DNA from: a virus
Taxonomy: Duplodnaviria; Heunggongvirae; Uroviricota; Caudoviricetes
Virus record (IMG/VR): IMGVR_UViG_2519899835_000003
Length of the DNA stretch: 64,000 bases
Direction: 5' to 3' (one strand)
The notes under the pieces: generated by a model
Databases searched by the model: none
What the model saw: the letters and a program-made list of their open reading frames with translations, nothing else
Told to the model about the DNA's origin: nothing
Translations under genes and position numbers: made by a program
Shown: positions 57,948 to 64,000 of the stretch, piece after piece
How the letters are laid out: each line of letters begins with the position of its first letter
Position numbering within the stretch: position 1 is the first letter of the stretch

Positions 57948-58334
57948 ATGAAAGAACTTGCGCAAAATGAAATATTTTCCAAAACCAGTCCTGATGCAAT
58001 AAATGAACTCAAAGAAATTGCAGAACGCATCAGTAAAATATGCAAAGAATACAAAATCGACTTTGTATTTTCTTTTTCAGTGCTTACAGAAGTTGGAAAT
58101 AACGAATATAAGGACAGTCGTTTTGTTTTATGTGGGTTAAATGGCAAAACACCAAGCCCATATATTCATGCTGCACGTGAAGTTGTCAGAAGCAACATTG
58201 GAGTACAACAAATCCATACACTTGCACAGGCTCTTGAGTTTGCAAGAGAAAATTCTGAGTGCGACTGCCCTGAATGCCAGCACGAAAAGGGAAAAACAAC
58301 TCACAAAACAGCAAACCAGGCAACCTTCCACTGA
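57948..58334 (+). CDS. Hypothetical protein with C-terminal CxC...CxxC motif
   Basis: 128 aa; ...ENSECDCPECQHEKG; occupies the racC/ydaE position of Rac-type operons. Confidence 0.45.
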   Translation: MKELAQNEIFSKTSPDAINELKEIAERISKICKEYKIDFVFSFSVLTEVGNNEYKDSRFVLCGLNGKTPSPYIHAAREVVRSNIGVQQIHTLAQALEFARENSECDCPECQHEKGKTTHKTANQATFH

Positions 58335-58441
58335 AATAAAAATCCGGCAGCGCAGGCTACCGGATTTCTCCCTGCGTCACCGTATTCGGAGAAATCAGAC
58401 AAAGGGTCGCTAATTCTAATCCAGCCAGAGGTTTAAATACA

Positions 58442-60514
58442 ATGAGCGCTGATAAACAGACTTTTGCACTACACTGCGAAGCAAAAAACGATAAAGTCAG
58501 AAAACGCCTTGGCATCAAAGGCGGTTTTTTCTGGACCGAGGCCAGAAAACTTTCTGTCGCAGTTTCCCGCTGCATTGCAGCCATGGACGATGCAGGCTAC
58601 GACGAGGATGATTTCAAAAAACCCGTTCGCGTAAATTTCCCCGTCGTGAATGACCTTCCACCGGAAGGCGTGTTTGATACTGAATTCTGCAACCGCTATG
58701 AAAAAGGCGGTAACGATGGCATCACCATGATGGCTATCCCCTTCGATGACAACATCAACGGTGAAGATGCCACAACTGCTGGCGATGACAACGATAACCT
58801 GGACGGAACTATTCCGGATGATGTGGAGAAAAGCGAATCCCCGGACAGCGACGATGACTGTTCTGAGTGTGAAATTCCCGTCGCCACTCTGAGCCTTACT
58901 CATCGCTTCCTTCACCTCTTCTTATTCAGCAAAGATGAAGATGGAAAATACCGGCATCATGCCACACCAGAACAACGCAATAACGTGATCCGTATGGAGA
59001 TGGACACAGAGGACAGTTACCTTCAGAGCCTGCTTACTGCTGTGCGCGCCGCGCATCATGAACTGGATAAACTGACGAACTATCACCTTAGTCGCCTGGC
59101 TGAATCTGTAGGGAAAGCATTCCCCCACTCTGCAAATCATCGCATCAGCCCGGCTGAATTCGACAAGTTCATTTCCACCTGGATGAAAACTGACTACCTT
59201 GATCAGGGCCTGCTGACAAAAGAATGGCAGAACGGAAATTATGTTTCAGGCATTACCCGTACGCCTTCCGGTGCTAACGCTGGCGGCGGAAATATTACCG
59301 ATCGTGGTGAAGGATTCAAACATGATAAGACATCACTCGCACGAGATGTAGCCACCGGCGTTCTGGCCCGTTCAATGGATGTGGATATTTATAACCTGCA
59401 CCCAGCACACGCAAAACGCGTTGAAGAAATCGTGTCAGAGAATAAGCCGCCCTTTTCTGTTTTTCGCGACAAATTTATCGCCATGCCCGGTGGGCTGGAT
59501 TATTCCCGCGCCATTGTGGTGGCTTCCGTGAAAGAAGCACCAATCGGCATTGAGGCCATCCCGGCACGCGTGACTGAATATCTCAACAAAGTGTTGACCG
59601 AAACCGATCACGCTAACCCGGATCCGGAAATCGTGGAAATTGCCTGCGGTCGCTCATCAGCACCGATGCCGCAGCGCGGAACAGCAGAAGGAAAACATGG
59701 CGATGAAGAAAAGCAACAAACATCGGACACAATGGCTAATGAACAGGCAGCGCCTGAATCAGTGGAAGAAATTCCAGTTAAACATAATGAGGACACGCAA
59801 TCACTGGAAAATGTCTCATCTGTAGAAACGAAATACCAGGAACTGAGGGAGGAACTCAATAAAGCCAGGGAAAACATCCCCCCAAAAAATCCAGTCGATG
59901 CCGACAAATTACTGGCTGCCTCGCGTGGAGAATTCGTTGAAGGCATCAGTAACCCTGCTGATCCGAAGTGGGTGAAGGGGATCCAGACTCGCGACACTGA
60001 GGACCAGAATCAGCCCAAAGTGGAACAAATTGCCCCAGAAGCGGGACAAAACAGCCCGGATACGCAACAAAACGGGCCAGAAGAGCAACAGCCAGGGCCA
60101 GTAATGCAACAGGAAGTGGAAAAGGTTTGCACCACATGCAGTCAGAACGGTGGCGGCCATTGCCCTGACTGTGGTCCAGTAATGGGAGATGAAACTTACG
60201 CTGAAACTTTTGGAGAAAATGACGCCGCTGATGGAGAAGACTCAGCACAAACTGAGGAGAAGATCATTCAGGAAAACTCTGTTGATGCCGCTCAGGAGGG
60301 CGAAACCGTTGTTCAGAACGAGCCAGGCAGTGATACGTCCGGCGATGACGCCAATTCTGAGCCAGTAACTCTCGACTGGAAAAGACAGCTCGTGATTGCC
60401 GCCGTCTATGGTTTGTGCGCCAACCCCGCATGTATAGCCACAGCGCCAGCAATCCCTGATATCGCCATCATGATTGCCAACAGGCTTGAAAATTTCGAAG
60501 GTGATAAATCATGA
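58442..60514 (+). CDS. RecE (exonuclease VIII) N-terminal-region homologue lacking the C-terminal nuclease domain (690 aa)
   Basis: Blocks [82 protein letters not shown]...[32 protein letters not shown] recalled as colinear with the dispensable N-terminal ~600 aa of Rac RecE; ORF ends 4 bp into gam. Confidence 0.55.
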   Translation: MSADKQTFALHCEAKNDKVRKRLGIKGGFFWTEARKLSVAVSRCIAAMDDAGYDEDDFKKPVRVNFPVVNDLPPEGVFDTEFCNRYEKGGNDGITMMAIPFDDNINGEDATTAGDDNDNLDGTIPDDVEKSESPDSDDDCSECEIPVATLSLTHRFLHLFLFSKDEDGKYRHHATPEQRNNVIRMEMDTEDSYLQSLLTAVRAAHHELDKLTNYHLSRLAESVGKAFPHSANHRISPAEFDKFISTWMKTDYLDQGLLTKEWQNGNYVSGITRTPSGANAGGGNITDRGEGFKHDKTSLARDVATGVLARSMDVDIYNLHPAHAKRVEEIVSENKPPFSVFRDKFIAMPGGLDYSRAIVVASVKEAPIGIEAIPARVTEYLNKVLTETDHANPDPEIVEIACGRSSAPMPQRGTAEGKHGDEEKQQTSDTMANEQAAPESVEEIPVKHNEDTQSLENVSSVETKYQELREELNKARENIPPKNPVDADKLLAASRGEFVEGISNPADPKWVKGIQTRDTEDQNQPKVEQIAPEAGQNSPDTQQNGPEEQQPGPVMQQEVEKVCTTCSQNGGGHCPDCGPVMGDETYAETFGENDAADGEDSAQTEEKIIQENSVDAAQEGETVVQNEPGSDTSGDDANSEPVTLDWKRQLVIAAVYGLCANPACIATAPAIPDIAIMIANRLENFEGDKS

Positions 60515-60807
60515 ATGCCTGGCTTATCCCCGATCGCATTGAAGAGCAGTCATGGGCACGACACTACCAGCAAATTGCCCGTGAAGAAACTGAAGCTGAG
60601 CTGGCAGACGACCTGGAAAAAGGTCTGCCCCAACACCTGTTTGAATCGCTATGCATCGATAATCTGCAACGTCACGGGGCCAGCAAAAAAGCTATTTCCC
60701 GTGCATTTGATGACGATGTCGATTTTCAGGAACGCATGGCAGAACACATCCGCTACATGGCTGAAACCATCGCCCGTCACCAAATTAATATTGATTCAGA
60801 GGTATAA
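60511..60807 (+). CDS. gam: Gam (RecBCD inhibitor), short form
   Basis: [26 protein letters not shown]...[26 protein letters not shown] is near-identical to lambda Gam. Confidence 0.85.
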   Translation: MNAWLIPDRIEEQSWARHYQQIAREETEAELADDLEKGLPQHLFESLCIDNLQRHGASKKAISRAFDDDVDFQERMAEHIRYMAETIARHQINIDSEV

Positions 60808-60812
60808 AACGG

Positions 60813-61598
60813 ATGAGTACAGCACTCGCAACGCTGGCAGGGAAGCTGGCTGAACGTGTCGGCATGGATTCTGTCGACCCACAGGAACTAATCACCACTC
60901 TTCGCCAGACGGCATTTAAAGGTGATGCCAGCGATGCGCAATTTATCGCATTGTTGATCGTCGCCAACCAGTACGGCCTTAATCCCTGGACGAAAGAAAT
61001 TTACGCCTTCCCTGACAAGCAGAACGGCATCGTTCCGGTGGTTGGCGTTGATGGCTGGTCCCGCATTATCAATGAAAACCAGCAGTTTGATGGCATGGAC
61101 TTTGAGCAGGACAATGAGTCCTGTACATGCCGGATTTACCGCAAAGATCGCAATCACCCGATCTGCGTTACCGAGTGGATGGATGAATGTCGCCGCGCAC
61201 CATTCAAAACCCGCGAAGGCAGAGAAATCACCGGACCGTGGCAGTCGCATCCCAAACGGATGTTACGGCACAAAGCCATGATTCAGTGTGCTCGCCTGGC
61301 CTTCGGATTTGCTGGCATCTATGACAAGGATGAAGCCGAGCGTATTGTCGAAAATACTGCATATACTACAGAACGTCAGCCGGAACGCGACATCACCCCG
61401 GTTAACGAAGAAACCATGTCGGAAATTAACGCCCTTCTTACTTCCATGGAAAAAACGTGGGATGACGACCTGTTGCCGCTCTGTTCCCAGATTTTTCGCC
61501 GCAACATTTACACATCTTCAGAACTAACACAGGCTGAAGCTGTGAAGGTTCTTGGATTCCTGAAACAGAAAGTCACAGAGCAGAAGGTAGCAGCATGA
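60813..61598 (+). CDS. bet: Bet (Red-beta single-strand annealing protein)
   Basis: [48 protein letters not shown]... essentially lambda Bet. Confidence 0.9.
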   Translation: MSTALATLAGKLAERVGMDSVDPQELITTLRQTAFKGDASDAQFIALLIVANQYGLNPWTKEIYAFPDKQNGIVPVVGVDGWSRIINENQQFDGMDFEQDNESCTCRIYRKDRNHPICVTEWMDECRRAPFKTREGREITGPWQSHPKRMLRHKAMIQCARLAFGFAGIYDKDEAERIVENTAYTTERQPERDITPVNEETMSEINALLTSMEKTWDDDLLPLCSQIFRRNIYTSSELTQAEAVKVLGFLKQKVTEQKVAA

Positions 61599-62272
61599 CA
61601 CCGGACATTATCCTGCAACGTACAGGGATCGACGTGAGAGCTGTCGAACAGGGGGATGATGCGTGGCACAAATTACGGCTCGGCGTCATCACCGCTTCAG
61701 AAGTTCACAACGTGATAGCAAAACCCCGCTCAGGAAAGAAATGGCCTGACATGAAAATGTCCTACTTCCACACCCTGCTGGCTGAGGTTTGCACCGGTGT
61801 GGCTCCGGAAGTTAACGCTAAAGCGCTGGCCTGGGGAAAACAGTACGAGAACGACGCCAGAGCCCTCTTTGAGTTCACTTCCGGCGTGAATGTTACTGAA
61901 TCCCCGATCATCTATCGCGACGAAAGTATGCGCACCGCTTGCTCTCCCGATGGTTTATGCAGTGACGGCAACGGCCTTGAACTGAAATGCCCGTTTACCT
62001 CCCGGGATTTCATGAAATTCCGGCTCGGTGGTTTCGAGGCAATAAAATCGGCTTACATGGCCCAGGTGCAGTACAGCATGTGGGTGACGCGAAAAGATGC
62101 CTGGTACTTTGCCAACTATGACCCGCGCATGAAGCGTGAAGGCCTGCATTATGTCGTGATTGAGCGGAATGAAAAGTACATGGCGAGTTTTGACGAGATG
62201 GTGCCGGAGTTCATCGAAAAAATGGACGAGGCACTGGCTGAAATTGGTTTTGTATTTGGGGAGCAATGGTGA
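61595..62272 (+). CDS. exo: Exo (Red-alpha 5'-3' exonuclease)
   Basis: [68 protein letters not shown]... essentially lambda Exo. Confidence 0.9.
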   Translation: MTPDIILQRTGIDVRAVEQGDDAWHKLRLGVITASEVHNVIAKPRSGKKWPDMKMSYFHTLLAEVCTGVAPEVNAKALAWGKQYENDARALFEFTSGVNVTESPIIYRDESMRTACSPDGLCSDGNGLELKCPFTSRDFMKFRLGGFEAIKSAYMAQVQYSMWVTRKDAWYFANYDPRMKREGLHYVVIERNEKYMASFDEMVPEFIEKMDEALAEIGFVFGEQW

Positions 62273-62323
62273 TAGCCAGTAGCAACGAGGTGCAAATGAT
62301 ATGACAATTAAGGAATACTACCG

Positions 62324-62575
62324 GTGTTCGTTCTAATCCAGCGCGGGCAGTCTTTCGTCGATGCCAACAACTATCCGGTTGAAGTCTGCAAAATCACTCT
62401 GACGCAGGTAATCTTCCGCAGGCTGGATGGGAGAACCAGAGCCGCTTCAATTAGCGCATTTAATGCAGAATTTGAGCGAATCGATCACAACGAACTACAC
62501 ATGATTAAAGCAGAAATTGAGAAGGAAAAGCATATTGCCAGCCTTCGAAAAATGCGCCGCATATCAATCAACTGA
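62324..62575 (+). CDS. Hypothetical protein
   Basis: 83-aa ORF between exo and xis. Confidence 0.4.
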   Translation: MFVLIQRGQSFVDANNYPVEVCKITLTQVIFRRLDGRTRAASISAFNAEFERIDHNELHMIKAEIEKEKHIASLRKMRRISIN

Positions 62576-62609
62576 CAACCGCCTTCGGGCGGTTTTTAAT
62601 GGCGAAAAT

Positions 62610-62981
62610 ATGGATTCACACAGTATCACCCTCAAAGAGGCCTGTAAGTTTCTCAAGATATCAAGGCCAACAGCTGTTAACTGGATACGAACGGGCCGAC
62701 TACAGGCAACCCGAAAAAATTCTTCCGGTAAAAGATCACCTTATCTCACAACCCGGCAAGCCTGCATTGCAGCACTTCATTCACCGCTGCATACTGTCCA
62801 GGTGAGCGCGGGTGATGGCATAACAGAGGAAAGAAAATGTCACTCTTCCGCAGAGGTGAAATATGGTACGCCTCGTACTCGCTCCCGGGCGGGAAGCGAA
62901 TTAAGGAGTCTCTTGGCACAAAGGACAAGCGGCAAGCTCAGGAGTTGCACGACAAGCGAAAAGCAGAACTCTGGCGAGTAG
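62610..62981 (+). CDS. xis: Putative excisionase (HTH); 3' extent uncertain, frame overlaps int by ~145 bp
   Basis: Internal ATG; [31 protein letters not shown] directly upstream of int. Confidence 0.45.
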   Translation: MDSHSITLKEACKFLKISRPTAVNWIRTGRLQATRKNSSGKRSPYLTTRQACIAALHSPLHTVQVSAGDGITEERKCHSSAEVKYGTPRTRSRAGSELRSLLAQRTSGKLRSCTTSEKQNSGE

Positions 62982-64000
62982 ACAGACTGGGGGATATGCC
63001 AGATGTCACTTTCGAAGAAGCCTGCCTGAGATGGCTTGAGGAAAAAGCCGACAAGAAATCCATCGATTCCGATAAATCCAGAATCGCATTCTGGATTGAG
63101 CATTTCGAGGGAATAAGGATTAAGGATATATCGGAGGCAATGATCTACTCAGTTATCAGCAAAGCGTATAACCGAAAAACAAAGGAGAGATGGAAGTTGC
63201 AGGTGGAGGCTGCATTAAGAAAAGGGAAAGAACCACCAGCCTATATACCTAAATCGGTGAGCACGCAAACAAAAGCAACACACCTGGCAATGATCAAGGC
63301 TATTCTGCGCGCCGCAGAGCGAGACTGGAAATGGCTTGAAAAAGCACCTGTAATCAAAATACCTGCCGTAAAAAACAAACGCGTGAGATGGCTGGAAAAA
63401 GAAGAAGCCAGGAGACTCATTGATGCATGTTCTGATCCCCTGAAATCTGTAGTTAAATTTGCACTGGCAACTGGCCTGAGGAGATCAAACATTATTAATC
63501 TGGAGTGGCAACAAATCGATATGCAGCGACGTGTTGCCTGGGTAAACCCTGAAGACAGTAAGTCAAACCGCGCTATTGGGGTCGCACTGAATGACACTGC
63601 CTGCAAGGTGTTGCGTGATCAAATAGGCAAACATCACCGCTGGGTGTTTGTTTATACCACTGCTGCCAGAAGGCCTGACGGGACAATGACACCAAGCATC
63701 AGAAAGATGCGCCTGGACTATAACACATCGTGGTTAACAGCATGTCGTCGGGCAGGAATTGAAAATTTCCGTTTTCATGACCTCCGCCATACCTGGGCCA
63801 GTTGGTTAATTCAGTCAGGTGTACCACTGTCAGTACTTCAGGAAATGGGCGGCTGGGAGTCTATCGAAATGGTGCGTAGGTACGCACACCTTGCACCTAA
63901 TCATTTGACAGAGCACGCGAGGAAAATTGACGACATATTGGGTGACGATGTCCCAAATTTGTCCCACCCTGAGGTTTTTGAGGATGCAAAGAAAGCATAA
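62837..64000 (+). CDS. int: Tyrosine integrase
   Basis: [36 protein letters not shown]-terminus; C-terminal R...HDLRHTWAS...RRYAHL catalytic block (R-H-R-Y); stop at window end. Confidence 0.85.
   Translation: MSLFRRGEIWYASYSLPGGKRIKESLGTKDKRQAQELHDKRKAELWRVDRLGDMPDVTFEEACLRWLEEKADKKSIDSDKSRIAFWIEHFEGIRIKDISEAMIYSVISKAYNRKTKERWKLQVEAALRKGKEPPAYIPKSVSTQTKATHLAMIKAILRAAERDWKWLEKAPVIKIPAVKNKRVRWLEKEEARRLIDACSDPLKSVVKFALATGLRRSNIINLEWQQIDMQRRVAWVNPEDSKSNRAIGVALNDTACKVLRDQIGKHHRWVFVYTTAARRPDGTMTPSIRKMRLDYNTSWLTACRRAGIENFRFHDLRHTWASWLIQSGVPLSVLQEMGGWESIEMVRRYAHLAPNHLTEHARKIDDILGDDVPNLSHPEVFEDAKKA

Larger units (their letters stand above)
1542..64000. mobile_element. Lambdoid prophage (933W-like short-tailed architecture, stx-negative); right end not reached inside window
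   Basis: Complete set of phage modules: int/xis, Red recombination, cI/cro/cII, O/P-like replication, nin region, Q, lysis, terminase/portal/capsid, tail fibres, lom. Left boundary inferred from the ynfG truncation; int stop codon coincides with the window end. Confidence 0.85.

Noticed and set aside
60785-61250. Minus-strand ORFs inside gam/bet (60785..60967, 60888..61250)
   Set aside because: Antisense to near-identical lambda Red genes; no independent support.
1-64000. Insertion sequences, transposases, rRNA or tRNA genes, integron or CRISPR-Cas components
   Set aside because: No transposase-like translation, no inverted-repeat-bounded element and no structured RNA gene signatures recognised; the only mobile element supported is the prophage itself.

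Overview
The window starts in the E. coli ynfF-ynfG anaerobic DMSO-reductase locus (3' part of ynfF, then only the first ~37 codons of ynfG). From about 1.5 kb to the right edge it is one lambdoid prophage with a short-tailed, Stx-phage-like (933W-type) layout that carries no stx genes. All calls come from reading the ORF translations and the DNA by eye; nothing was searched against a database, and homologies are recalled from memory. Coordinates of features not in the ORF track are approximate (about +/-3 bp). Layout left to right: (1) a plus-strand accessory arm (AntA-like antirepressor, TraR/DksA zinc finger, two Ea22-like proteins, a ClpX-type zinc-finger protein, a DUF550/551 protein); (2) a minus-strand virion module ending in a 2,783-aa multidomain protein with two HExxH motifs, plus probable ejection proteins, a Hok-like toxin, lom, a J-like tail tip, a small lipoprotein and a collagen-repeat tail fibre; (3) head genes (capsid, scaffold, portal, terminase); (4) an Ais-like LPS phosphatase moron, the lysis cassette, a nanS-p-type esterase and Q; (5) a nin region with RusA, NinB/E/H, three antirepressor paralogues and three clustered toxin-antitoxin loci (frameshifted HigB-like toxin with HigA, antitoxin with Doc, mok/hok); (6) replication genes and the cII-cro / cI immunity switch with nut sites; (7) a plus-strand early-left operon (N-like, KilR-like, a RecE N-terminal-domain protein with no nuclease domain placed directly upstream of lambda-type gam-bet-exo), then xis and int. 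No single unambiguous new defence system could be named from sequence alone. The strongest candidates for new biology are the giant HExxH protein, the free ClpX zinc-finger protein, the nuclease-less RecE fragment, the toxin-antitoxin cluster and several unassigned genes at known moron positions.
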